Of a stretch of DNA of 64,000 nucleotides, positions 1-9,023 are shown piece after piece. Positions within the stretch are counted from its first letter, which is position 1. Every line of letters starts with the position of its first letter. Source of the stretch: Candidatus Thorarchaeota archaeon (GTDB lineage: Archaea > Asgardarchaeota > Thorarchaeia > Thorarchaeales > Thorarchaeaceae); assembly GCA_048884785.1 (NCBI GenBank), contig JBHLQM010000003.1:66887-130886 (forward strand), given 5' to 3'. Position numbers and translations under genes: made by a program. The notes beneath the pieces are model-generated. The model worked only from the letters and a program-made list of their open reading frames with translations. It was not told where the DNA came from and made no database searches.

Positions 1-237
1 GGTGCCGCTGTTGACCTTTCTCAGAATGCTATTTGGCAACTGCGATTCTACCTTGTCGGTGAAACTGAACGTTGGACATTGAGGATAGACACTGCTGGAT
101 CAATCATAGACTTTGACTTTGAGGATGTGCCATGTCAGAATTGTGTTGACTACACTCTTTTCATTGTAGCTGGACTTGCAGGGGCAATTGTGGCAATAGT
201 TGCGATAGCTTACGTTCTGAAAATCCGTCAGCGCTAG
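1..237 (+). CDS. 3' part of an exported protein with C-terminal membrane anchor (partial, begins before window)
   Basis: Open frame 1 from window start to TAG 235-237; ends ...VPCQNCVDYTLFIVAGLAGAIVAIVAIAYVLKIRQR* (TM helix + basic tail). Confidence 0.75.
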   Translation, partial: GAAVDLSQNAIWQLRFYLVGETERWTLRIDTAGSIIDFDFEDVPCQNCVDYTLFIVAGLAGAIVAIVAIAYVLKIRQR

Positions 238-668
238 CGTCTGTGATTATGTATGTTCTCAAAATTCGGCGGTAGAGAGAAAGTGAATAACTCTAGAAAC
301 TCTATACCTTTTATCGCACCAATTCTATCCGCCAATCTCTGAATACCCTTCCCATTTCCTCGTATGGTAATTATCTCAAAGCAGTGAGTTTTTGTTATGT
401 GAGTATGCAGTGTCGAGATGACCTCAGCTTCCGAATTATGTTGGTTTTTGAGAAGTTCCGCCATTACTCTTGGTTTGTGTTCATAAACAATATTCAGACT
501 TGCAAATCCCTGCACATCCGAGCTTTCCCATTCGTATTTTGAGATAAACAACCTCATTGCGTCTCGAATCGCCTCGGACCTTCCGATATACCCCTTCTGT
601 TCGATTAAGTCATCAAAATGCTTCAGTAAATCGTTTGGGATAGACACTCCGAATCTCTTGAGGCTCAT
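234..668 (-). CDS. nikR: Nickel-responsive RHH regulator NikR
   Basis: N-terminal RFGVSIP...RSEAIRDAMR ribbon-helix-helix; HxH-x6-C metal site (LHTHITKTHCFE); divergent from a Ni/Co ECF transporter. Confidence 0.92.
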   Translation of the reverse strand: MSLKRFGVSIPNDLLKHFDDLIEQKGYIGRSEAIRDAMRLFISKYEWESSDVQGFASLNIVYEHKPRVMAELLKNQHNSEAEVISTLHTHITKTHCFEIITIRGNGKGIQRLADRIGAIKGIEFLELFTFSLPPNFENIHNHRR

Positions 669-701
669 TGGTCTTCACTTCCGTCTTGGACTCCAGTTTT
701 G

Positions 702-750
702 GTAACACAACTCTACTCAATTAGTAGCACTTTTTCATAAGAAGTAACAC
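702..750. promoter_or_regulatory. Putative NikR operator (GTAACAC / GTAGCAC-N13-GTAACAC)
   Basis: Three GTA(A/G)CAC heptamers at 702-708, 724-730, 744-750 between nikR and cbiM; the last abuts TATA-like GTATATAG at 751-758. Confidence 0.6.
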
Positions 751-809
751 GTATATAGAAATTGTGGAAGGTTAGATTAGGAAATTTCGGAAAGGTGGAT
801 TAGGCTCTG

Positions 810-2585
810 ATGCACGTTCCTGATGGTATAGTGCCATTGTGGCTGCAAATTCTCATGCTTATAGCAAGCGCCATTATGATGACTATATCATTCAAGAAGA
901 TCAGTAGACGATTTGATGAACGACTAATCCCATTCATGGGGGTTTTGGCTGCTGTTATCTTTGCCGCACAACTAGTGAATTTTCCAGTACCTCCTTTCTC
1001 AAGTGGTCATCTTGTTGGTTCAACGCTTCTTGCAGTGATGGTTGGGCCTTGGGTTGCTATGCTAATTATGGCTCTTGTGTTGTTCGTTCAAGCTCTATAT
1101 GGTGACGGAGGCATTCTGAGCTATGGACTAAACGTTTTCAATATGGGTGTCTTTTCTGTTCTACTTGGGTATGGCTTGGCCGTGTTACTCTTCAGAATGC
1201 TGAGACGTCTTGTACATAAAGAGCGAGCAACCATACTCTCTGCTGGAACTGCATCCTTTTTCGTCACAATTGGCGCTGCCTTCATTCTTGGACTTCAACT
1301 ATTAACTGTGCCCGGGTTTGGGATCGAGGCACTATCGGCAATAACGGCTGTGCACATAATCGTAGGATTTGGCGAAGCAGTCCTGACTTCAATAATACTT
1401 CTCTATTTTGCAAAAGCAAATCCTCAGCTTGTAATGTTTCTGAGGGATACGCCAGAAGACGATGAAAGGGATGAATCTCTGGAGAGCCAAGAATCACAGT
1501 CTTCTGACCGCATTTTTCCAGTTAAACAAACCATTCCGATTGTTGCTTTTTCAATTATAGTGATCGCAGCATTGATTATTGGAGGAGTAGCTTCAGCGAA
1601 TCCTGATGGGTTTGAGTGGGCACTTTTCAGATATGCAGGCGTTCCAGAACCTGAAGCTGGATTTGATGGAATATGGAAGTTCCTCGGTGAAAGCAGTATT
1701 GCTGAAGTAGTATCTGGAGCTCTTGGTATTATTGCGGCCCTAGGTTTAGGAATACTTCTGTTCAGGAGAGCTGCACATGAGACAGACACACACAAACATT
1801 CGAGCAGATTCTTGCTTCCATTTGAAAACGGCAGAAGAGCAGCTCAGTTTTTCTCACCAACAGGTATGATTCTTTCTTCGATTGCATTGGCAGCCTTGGT
1901 TTCCATACAGGCGACGCTCTCGGTCGTACTTGTAATGATTGGACTTATTCTCACCGGAGGTTGGATTGCCCAAACACGTTGGCGTCGAGTAATATCTTTG
2001 GCTTTCAAGTTCGAGGTGATTATACTTTTCTGGATAATTTTCGAGCCATTTGTCTATGGTAGCACAGTTATTTTTACAGTTATGACGCCTTGGGGTCCTC
2101 TGAATGCCTACTCTGAGGGTCTATATTTTGGTCTATTGCTTGGTTCCAGAATGCTTGCAATACTACTCGTGTTCCTAGCAACTCTCTCGCATATGACACT
2201 GAGTGATTTTGTGGGTGCACTTAGATCTCTGAGGATTCCCGCATCCATTTTGGGTTCATTATTGATTATGTTCAGGTATGTTCCTCTTTTTATTGAAGAG
2301 CGAACGAGGATGCAGGATGCCCAGCTTCTTCGTGGATTCGATAGGGGAAGAAGAACAGAACGAATACGTTCTCTTGGGTATATGCTCGGTACTACTATCA
2401 ATCGCTCATTTGATAGAAGCATTATAACCTATGAAGCAATGAGTCTACGTGGTTTTGGAAAAGGTAGTATGGTCATTGGAGCCGGGTTCAAAAAAGCAGA
2501 TGCCCTTTTGCCTGTCTTGATTATTTCATTATTCGCGATCTCGCCGTTTGTTTTTCCATTAATATTGGAGGTTTTGATACTATGA
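810..2585 (+). CDS. cbiM: Fused Ni/Co ECF transporter: CbiM/NikM + NikN (PDGLE-type) + CbiQ/NikQ
   Basis: N-terminal MHVPDG and SSGHLVG (CbiM); central ASANPDGFEW (PDGLE); C-terminal T component with FRYVP..EERTRM..AQLLRG and AMSLRG motifs. Confidence 0.9.
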   Translation: MHVPDGIVPLWLQILMLIASAIMMTISFKKISRRFDERLIPFMGVLAAVIFAAQLVNFPVPPFSSGHLVGSTLLAVMVGPWVAMLIMALVLFVQALYGDGGILSYGLNVFNMGVFSVLLGYGLAVLLFRMLRRLVHKERATILSAGTASFFVTIGAAFILGLQLLTVPGFGIEALSAITAVHIIVGFGEAVLTSIILLYFAKANPQLVMFLRDTPEDDERDESLESQESQSSDRIFPVKQTIPIVAFSIIVIAALIIGGVASANPDGFEWALFRYAGVPEPEAGFDGIWKFLGESSIAEVVSGALGIIAALGLGILLFRRAAHETDTHKHSSRFLLPFENGRRAAQFFSPTGMILSSIALAALVSIQATLSVVLVMIGLILTGGWIAQTRWRRVISLAFKFEVIILFWIIFEPFVYGSTVIFTVMTPWGPLNAYSEGLYFGLLLGSRMLAILLVFLATLSHMTLSDFVGALRSLRIPASILGSLLIMFRYVPLFIEERTRMQDAQLLRGFDRGRRTERIRSLGYMLGTTINRSFDRSIITYEAMSLRGFGKGSMVIGAGFKKADALLPVLIISLFAISPFVFPLILEVLIL

Positions 2586-3340
2586 CATGTGCGATCGATT
2601 TCAGTCATGTTTTCTTCAGCTATGACAGCTTCAAGATGGAGGATATTAACCTCAAGCTGCATGTTGGAGAGCAGAAAGCAATAGTTGGTTTAAATGGGTC
2701 CGGTAAGACGACTCTTTTCAAATTACTTCTTGGTTTACTTGAACCAGACTCAGGTGAGATTTTTGTTTTTGACAAAAAACTGACGAAAAAGAATCTCTGG
2801 GAGATTAGGCAAGATGTAGGTTTTCTTTTCCAGAATCCAAATGACCAGCTGTTTGCACCTACGGTATGGGATGACGTGGCCTTTGGTCCTCGAAATCTTG
2901 GTTTATCAGAAATGGATGTGACTGAGAGAGTTCAGTGGGCCCTAGAACGGGTTGGAATGACAGGGTTTGAGAATAGGCCTGTAAACCAACTGAGTCACGG
3001 TCAGGCAAAACGGATTGCACTTGCAGGTGTCATCGCTATGCGTCCCAGTATATTGGTTCTTGACGAACCATTCTCCGGTTTAGATTTCAGAATGGTTATC
3101 AATATGATTGAAATCATCAAGAAACTACGCCAAGATGGCGTTACAATTCTTTTCACTACCCATAACAGCTTCTTCATTGAGAACTGGTCTGACTCAGTCG
3201 CAGTCATTCAGGAGGGAAAGATAGTGTATGATGGTCCAACCAGTGAGGCTATCACCGCCAGAATTGTCACTGACAACATTGGAGACTGGAGTAAGCTTAA
3301 ACAGACAATTCAGTCTCACAAGATTGCGCCTCTGGAATAG
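2582..3340 (+). CDS. cbiO: ECF transporter ATPase CbiO/NikO
   Basis: Walker A GLNGSGKT, FQNPNDQLF, LSHGQ signature, VLDEP; ATGA overlap with upstream gene. Confidence 0.92.
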   Translation: MTCAIDFSHVFFSYDSFKMEDINLKLHVGEQKAIVGLNGSGKTTLFKLLLGLLEPDSGEIFVFDKKLTKKNLWEIRQDVGFLFQNPNDQLFAPTVWDDVAFGPRNLGLSEMDVTERVQWALERVGMTGFENRPVNQLSHGQAKRIALAGVIAMRPSILVLDEPFSGLDFRMVINMIEIIKKLRQDGVTILFTTHNSFFIENWSDSVAVIQEGKIVYDGPTSEAITARIVTDNIGDWSKLKQTIQSHKIAPLE

Positions 3341-3499
3341 AATCTGCAGAGCGTTGAAGGTCTAAAGCGTCTAAAGAACAACAATCCATCTTTGATTTGA
3401 ATTCAAGGCGCAGCAAGCAATGAAGGAGCCACAAGACTGTATGATTCCTTGGGTTTTTCTAGAGTGAATCTTCATGCGTGGCAAGTATCTATGACATGA
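3341..3499 (+). pseudogene. C-terminal remnant of a GNAT acetyltransferase
   Basis: No start codon, internal TGA 3398-3400; reads ...GLKRLKNNNPSLI*IQGAASNEGATRLYDSLGFSRV..., matching GNAT motif B (N..A..LY..LGF). Confidence 0.5.
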
Positions 3500-3546
3500 T
3501 TCATAGAAACCCTTATCATCCAATTGGCAGGGTTTGCCATCCGAAT

Positions 3547-3634
3547 GCAGAGGTTGCCAAGCCAGGTTAAAGGCGTAGGGTTCAGATCCCTATCTCGTAG
3601 GAGTTCGCGAGTTCAAATCTCGCCCTCTGCACCA
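3547..3634 (+). tRNA. tRNA-Leu(CAG), intronless, encoded CCA
   Basis: Acceptor GCAGAGG/CCTCTGC + A + CCA; anticodon stem TAGGG/CCCTA with loop TT-CAG-AT; long variable arm; T arm GCGAG-TTCAAAT-CTCGC. Confidence 0.95.
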
Positions 3635-3752
3635 CCTCATATTCTGTTCTCCTACTCTCAATGTGGACTGGTTCTCGTAAAAGGAGTCCAATAACATAGA
3701 TTCATCGGATTGGGAATCTCTATCAGTCCTTAAAGTCAGTTTGAGAATTGCA

Positions 3753-4214
3753 TCACAAGTACTCGTTGCTGCTTTCTCCAGGTTCGGGCATCAAAAACAT
3801 GCTTTCCACTCGTTCTACACCATTGATTTTCTCAAGCTGCCCGGTCATGAAATGTGAAAGCTCATTCATGTCTTTTACTCGAACAATACAGACAAAGGTT
3901 GCTGGACCGGATGTCCAATATATCTCGTGGATTTGATTGAACTTGCTTAGAGCCTGATATATCTGTTCAGAAGAGCCTGGTTTCGAGGTTATGAGAACAA
4001 TAACTTGGATTTCATATCCCATTCTGCGATAATTCACGTCAATCGTGAAATGCTTGATCATACCCCTCTCCAGTAGTTTCTCAATTCGGTTCCGTACAGA
4101 CGAGGGGCTCATATTTACCTCTTTAGCAATATCTCTCAGTGAGCTTCTTGCATTCTTTCGAAGCATATCAATAATTTTGAAATCGTTATTATCTGGTTTA
4201 TCGACTGAGCCCAT
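3753..4214 (-). CDS. Lrp/AsnC family transcriptional regulator
   Basis: DFKIIDMLRKNARSSLRDIAKEVNMSPSSVRNRIEKL HTH + RAM domain. Confidence 0.92.
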   Translation of the reverse strand: MGSVDKPDNNDFKIIDMLRKNARSSLRDIAKEVNMSPSSVRNRIEKLLERGMIKHFTIDVNYRRMGYEIQVIVLITSKPGSSEQIYQALSKFNQIHEIYWTSGPATFVCIVRVKDMNELSHFMTGQLEKINGVERVESMFLMPEPGESSNEYL

Positions 4215-4305
4215 ATGTGCTATCCCATCCGATATAGAATTGGGAGTACCTACTAAGAGATAAATGCTAGGGGAGGTTTGCTAATAGGCTTGATAGACTT
4301 CATTT

Positions 4306-4701
4306 CTATTTCACACGAACAATGACCATCTTGCCCATTACATCCCACACTTCAACTTCTACATTATTCTCGATTTTGCTGGCAATGTCGGGGTCCGCTG
4401 GTTTCTCAACCTCATAAGTCGCATATGTTTCGGAATCCATGAGACTGAGGTTATCACCAAGATCCGCAATCACCGTTGCGCTTCGCTTGTCAATTAGAGG
4501 TACATCAACCATGCGGTCTGCAGGCATGATAACATTACGTTTTCTATTTGTGAAGAAACCTACCGCAGTAATGTTTGCCTTTGCAGCTCCATGTTTGCCG
4601 GGTTTTGATTTCTCAATAGTGAGGATGCGACATGGTTCGTCCTCGATTACAAAATATGCTCCCGGCTTGAGGCCTTTTACGACCGCTTTCTTGATACTCA
4701 T
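4306..4701 (-). CDS. eif5A: Translation factor aIF5A/eIF5A
   Basis: Hypusination loop SKPGKHGAAK; DVPLIDKR. Confidence 0.95.
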   Translation of the reverse strand: MSIKKAVVKGLKPGAYFVIEDEPCRILTIEKSKPGKHGAAKANITAVGFFTNRKRNVIMPADRMVDVPLIDKRSATVIADLGDNLSLMDSETYATYEVEKPADPDIASKIENNVEVEVWDVMGKMVIVRVK

Positions 4702-4853
4702 TCAATCACCATTCCATTGGTTTTACGTACCAGTGGCTTCACAAATCTTGGAGTTCTAATTATACTTTTTCTTTCTTTATATGATGTGCTACCTAGCAGA
4801 AAATGACAAGAGTAAAAGGGAACCAGATAGAGCACGAATACAGGTGCACATCC

Positions 4854-5735
4854 ATGTCAATTAAAACTAATCCTCAGATACTCAGTAAGAAGCGCTCCGT
4901 GGGCCTTGTATGCAAACCAGGAAAGCGAGATATTGAAGCAACCGCAAGCAATCTTGTAGACATTCTGATCAAGAAGGGTATCAAAGTCCTGGGTGACGAG
5001 GGTTCGTGCACGACTGTACACCAGAAGGTAGAGGTAACCAGCATATCAAAGATGGATGTGGATTTCGTGATTACAATTGGGGGTGATGGTACCATTCTCT
5101 ATACTCTTGGGCAATTGCCCGACAGAGAAACTCCCCTCTTCTGCATCAACACGGGAACTGTTGGCTTTATGACTGAGAGCAGCACCACAGATGCAGAAGC
5201 GGCATTGAATGAGATTCTCAACAACAATTGCATCATAGAGAATAGCGTCAACATAGCCTCTGGAGTCGGAAATCGTCGGTTTGAGGATGCTTTGAATGAA
5301 GTGTATGTTGTTTCTCGTATCCCAGGGAGGTTGCTTACATTCGATATCAGAGTTGATGGTATACAGATTGACTATGGAAGAGCTGATGGTGTGATGGTAG
5401 CCACTCCCAATGGATCATCGGCATATGCACTTGCTGCAGGAGGTTCAATTCTGACTCCTCGTGTTCATGGTCTAATGCTCGTGCCTGTATGTCCCCCCAG
5501 ATTTGAGCTAAAGTCAATGGTTATTCCCGATGATGGCCTGATCGAACTTGAACTAGTAAAAGATGACGCTCATGGACTGGCGGTGATTGATGGGCAGACA
5601 CAGTATGATGTCGCATACCATGAAGTAGTCTGGATAAAGAAATCAAAGGGTGTCAGCAGATTCATTCGGCTGAGTGACAACTACTATCACCGACTTAATA
5701 CTCGACTTGTGCCGCGAGCAAAAAAGGTGACCTGA
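4854..5735 (+). CDS. nadK: NAD kinase
   Basis: GGDGT, LNE, ADGVMVATPNGSSAYALAAGG motifs; start moved to ATG 4854 after AGGTG. Confidence 0.92.
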   Translation: MSIKTNPQILSKKRSVGLVCKPGKRDIEATASNLVDILIKKGIKVLGDEGSCTTVHQKVEVTSISKMDVDFVITIGGDGTILYTLGQLPDRETPLFCINTGTVGFMTESSTTDAEAALNEILNNNCIIENSVNIASGVGNRRFEDALNEVYVVSRIPGRLLTFDIRVDGIQIDYGRADGVMVATPNGSSAYALAAGGSILTPRVHGLMLVPVCPPRFELKSMVIPDDGLIELELVKDDAHGLAVIDGQTQYDVAYHEVVWIKKSKGVSRFIRLSDNYYHRLNTRLVPRAKKVT

Positions 5736-6251
5736 TTGGTTTCATACTTCATTGTTGATACTGGCATATTATTATCAAACTGGAGCATGACACAACCGGA
5801 ATCAACACTATTAACGACTAGGCGGATTGCCAACGAAATCAGAAACCGACCCAGCATTCAGCGATTGGAGAATCTTCTATCTACTGATAGGATAGTGATT
5901 GAAGAAGTAGAGGAGAAATGGATTGAACTAGCCCGTGTTTCAGCCCGAGAAACAGGTGACCTCTCTGTACTATCTCCATCGGATCTTGAATTATTAGGAT
6001 TGGTGATTAAAAAGCACCGAGAGGGATTCCAATTCACACTTGCATCCATGGATTTTGCAGTATTGAATGTGGCTAGCCATATTGGCGTCGGAATACTTAA
6101 TCCTATGGGGCAAATGAAACATCGAATTGAATGGGCAATGAAATGTCCTGCTTGTGGCCATAGAAGCGATAATACAAGGATGCTCGAGTGCGATATTTGC
6201 GGAACCAGAATGAAGAGAATTGCCAAAAAGACGAAGCGTCTTGAATACTGA
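5736..6251 (+). CDS. nob1: Nob1-like PIN endonuclease with Zn ribbon
   Basis: PIN residues VDT, E, LSPSD, SMDFAVLNVA; CPAC...CDIC. Confidence 0.85.
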   Translation: MVSYFIVDTGILLSNWSMTQPESTLLTTRRIANEIRNRPSIQRLENLLSTDRIVIEEVEEKWIELARVSARETGDLSVLSPSDLELLGLVIKKHREGFQFTLASMDFAVLNVASHIGVGILNPMGQMKHRIEWAMKCPACGHRSDNTRMLECDICGTRMKRIAKKTKRLEY

Positions 6252-6321
6252 ATTAGTAATACCTCAGTTATACTCGTCATTATGTTACGAATTTCCTTTT
6301 CATAAAGAGAGGTTAAGAATA

Positions 6322-6588
6322 ATGAGTCATCGAAGGGCACTCACTATCGACCGAGAGATCGATGATGTTAAGGCTCAGGTTAAGCGTGAGATAGATACGA
6401 TAAAGGACCTCATGAATAGCTATGACTATAGAAATTCGCCTGCAGGATGGAATGCACCTTTTCAGCTTCATCGACTCAGAAGAGCTCTCCGTATCCACTA
6501 TCTTGCTCTGAATATTCGTGATTCGACTCCTGTATCTCCAAGCATGAGGGAGTTGGTTTGGGAGATCGACCCCAACGAGAAGTTCTAG
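6322..6588 (+). CDS. Small hypothetical helical protein
   Basis: ATG 6322 after GAGG; 88 aa MSHRRALTIDREIDDVK...; fills the gap between nob1 and yjbQ. Confidence 0.55.
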   Translation: MSHRRALTIDREIDDVKAQVKREIDTIKDLMNSYDYRNSPAGWNAPFQLHRLRRALRIHYLALNIRDSTPVSPSMRELVWEIDPNEKF

Positions 6589-6591
6589 AAA

Positions 6592-7020
6592 TCATTCACC
6601 GATAAGTAGAAGCTCTACTTGTCTCCTGCGTGCCTTATTATCAAAATCTATGAATGTGACTTGCTGCCATGTTCCCAGTGTCATTTTTCCATTTACAAAT
6701 GGGATTGTAAGACTTGGCCCTAGAATTGAGGCTCGAATATGGGCGTGTCCATTTCCATCCCCCCAACGTAGATGATGTTCATAGACCGCATTTTGTGGTG
6801 CCAATTTCTCCATTGTGTTTGGGAAGTCCTTTAGAAGACCATCTTCATATTCGATTGTTGTGACTGCTCCCGTGGAGCCAGGACAAAACACGGTGCATAT
6901 CCCATTTTGCATACCGCTTTCTTTCACAACTCTTGAAACCTCATCGGTTATATCTAGCATATCACAATTCCCTCGTGTATTCAGGGTGAGAGTAGAATGG
7001 TACGTTCCCATAACTTTCAC
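6592..7020 (-). CDS. yjbQ: YjbQ/UPF0047 family protein
   Basis: GNGHAHIRAS, LGTWQ, DFD motifs. Confidence 0.92.
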   Translation of the reverse strand: MKVMGTYHSTLTLNTRGNCDMLDITDEVSRVVKESGMQNGICTVFCPGSTGAVTTIEYEDGLLKDFPNTMEKLAPQNAVYEHHLRWGDGNGHAHIRASILGPSLTIPFVNGKMTLGTWQQVTFIDFDNKARRRQVELLLIGE

Positions 7021-7071
7021 TACCGACTTTTAATGAAAAACTGACTATGTAATGGTATTCAGGATTTATTA

Positions 7072-8874
7072 CTAATCCGTCGCGTGCTTTTCAGTTCCTT
7101 TCTTTATTAGTGCCCTCAGTCGGTTTCCCCTGTCTAGAAGTTCGTCTTCTCTCTCCTGTAATGCAAGTAGAGCTGCGATATACTTGTCCTTCTGCAAAGC
7201 CTGAATGACCGCAATGGTACCAAGCATAACTTCATCGCGAGTGGCTCTTGCAATGTCATCCATATCCTGTACTAGCTCCGCAAGCTTCTGCTTGTTTTCA
7301 CTCCGTTTGTATGTGAAAAGAGTTTCATAGATAGTAAATAGGTCTTCAAATGCTTCCTTCATCTCACCTGCAATCTTGAATCCTTGAGCTGATTGCTCAA
7401 GTAAACTCGTTGCTTTCTCTCTAACCTCTGGTTGATTTATTTGAAGTGCTTCCTTTCCGGCTGTTCGCTTCCAGACAGTAGATAATTCATATACCTCAAG
7501 CTCTTCATAGTATTTCGCGGCTTCTTCAGCCTTTTCGCTTGCTATCCAATGAAATGATTCTTTTCGTTCAGAGTTACCTAGGTCGCCAGCGCAATCAGCG
7601 GCCTTGGTATAAAAACGTGAACTCTCTTCAGGGCTTCCAGCTGCCGCGTTCCTATCGGCAAGTTCAACGTACAAATCCACAGCCTTTTCTCGTTGAGCAT
7701 CTGCATCTGCTTCCTTGCCCGCCTCGCTGAGTACAGATGCAAGAGATTCTAGAGCCAATGCCTGAAGTTCCTTGTTCTCCTCCTTTTCTTCGTCATTAAC
7801 CTGGTTTTTGTAATACTGAATCACATCGTTGTAGATCTTATTTGCTTCATCGATACTTCCCCATTTTCTTAAACACATTGCTTGATAACGGAGGTATCGC
7901 ATCTCTGATTCTTTATCATCTTCTTTTGCAGCAGTTTCAGCTAGCTCTGAAAATAGCTCATTTGCCCTTTTGAACGACCATTTAGCCTTCATTGGACTTT
8001 TGACTTCAGTGAACATATCCCCTGCCTTTACAAGCAACGGCGCAACCACTTCTGGGGCGCCATCCATCTTAAGATAGGCTTCAGCAGCTTTGAACATCGC
8101 CTGATTTCTAGCACTTGTCAGGCGCTCCAGCTTATACACTTCTTGAGCCGCATCGTAAATGTTTCCAGCTTTTTCGTATAGCTGTATCTCTTCATAGAAC
8201 TCTCCTGCATCCAGCATCAATTTCGCGGCTTCAACGAATTCATCGCGTGTCTGCATAATTTGAGCCATCTCCGCTAATGCATTACCTGCTTCCAAATAGT
8301 TGTTATTCGATTTGGATTCCTCTGCCCATCTCTGTGCAACTCTCATGGCCCGTTCGTTGACTCGTGCACCCAATTCTTCATCGCCGACTGAATAGTATAA
8401 TCTGCCTATCTTCTTCAGAAGTCCGATTGTGTTTTTCAGCTCTCCTTGAGTTTCTCGTTCGTCCGCAAGATTCTCCAGAGCCTCAACGGATCTGAGTGTG
8501 ATGCTATTTTTCTTCTCCTCGGGAGCGAAATCAGTTGCTCTGGAGAAGAATTCCGAAGCTATTCTGAATTCGGATTCTGAAAGCGCGGTTTCAGCCGCTA
8601 GCATGTTTAACCGGACTATTTCTGGATGATATTCTTCTTTACCTTCACGCATGAGCATTAAAGTCGCTTTTTCGAAGAGGTTTAAGCAATCTTCCAGAAG
8701 ACCAAGTTCTTTTGCTAGAATCCCAGCTTTCTCAAATGTTCGAGCAGCATTTTCGTTTTCCTTCTTAGCTGAGAAGCTTTCTGCAACCTGAGTAAGAAGT
8801 TTTAGAGCAAGCTCTTTCTTGTCATCCTTAATTGCCTGCATCGCCTTCTGGAGCTTCTCTTTATCAGAGACCAC
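7072..8874 (-). CDS. Long SNAP-like/TPR alpha-solenoid protein
   Basis: Repeated A..fEkAa/AgE.Y helical pairs; likely GTG start 8874 after AAGGTGA (frame is open to 9009). Confidence 0.8.
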   Translation of the reverse strand: MVSDKEKLQKAMQAIKDDKKELALKLLTQVAESFSAKKENENAARTFEKAGILAKELGLLEDCLNLFEKATLMLMREGKEEYHPEIVRLNMLAAETALSESEFRIASEFFSRATDFAPEEKKNSITLRSVEALENLADERETQGELKNTIGLLKKIGRLYYSVGDEELGARVNERAMRVAQRWAEESKSNNNYLEAGNALAEMAQIMQTRDEFVEAAKLMLDAGEFYEEIQLYEKAGNIYDAAQEVYKLERLTSARNQAMFKAAEAYLKMDGAPEVVAPLLVKAGDMFTEVKSPMKAKWSFKRANELFSELAETAAKEDDKESEMRYLRYQAMCLRKWGSIDEANKIYNDVIQYYKNQVNDEEKEENKELQALALESLASVLSEAGKEADADAQREKAVDLYVELADRNAAAGSPEESSRFYTKAADCAGDLGNSERKESFHWIASEKAEEAAKYYEELEVYELSTVWKRTAGKEALQINQPEVREKATSLLEQSAQGFKIAGEMKEAFEDLFTIYETLFTYKRSENKQKLAELVQDMDDIARATRDEVMLGTIAVIQALQKDKYIAALLALQEREDELLDRGNRLRALIKKGTEKHATD

Positions 8875-9023
8875 TTGCTTCACCTTTGGAAATTGCTCTG
8901 GAGCATGTAGTTTCTCATCTTTTTCGAGCAGATATTGATTTTCATCATGTATTGGTGTTTGTATTGCGGGCGCAGAAGACTCATATATAACTCCCTCCAA
9001 GCCCTTCATTGTAAGGGATTCTA

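Noticed and set aside
3547-3634. tRNA-Sec, because the anticodon loop contains TCA and selD is nearby
   Set aside because: The 7-nt loop TTCAGAT centres on CAG; the 7-bp acceptor, 5-bp T stem and A discriminator fit tRNA-Leu
5730-5741. Sec/readthrough fusion of nadK and nob1 (TGA followed in frame by TTG)
   Set aside because: Both domains are complete, TGA is not at a Cys-conserved site, AGGTGA serves as an SD for nob1, and no SECIS-like hairpin was seen
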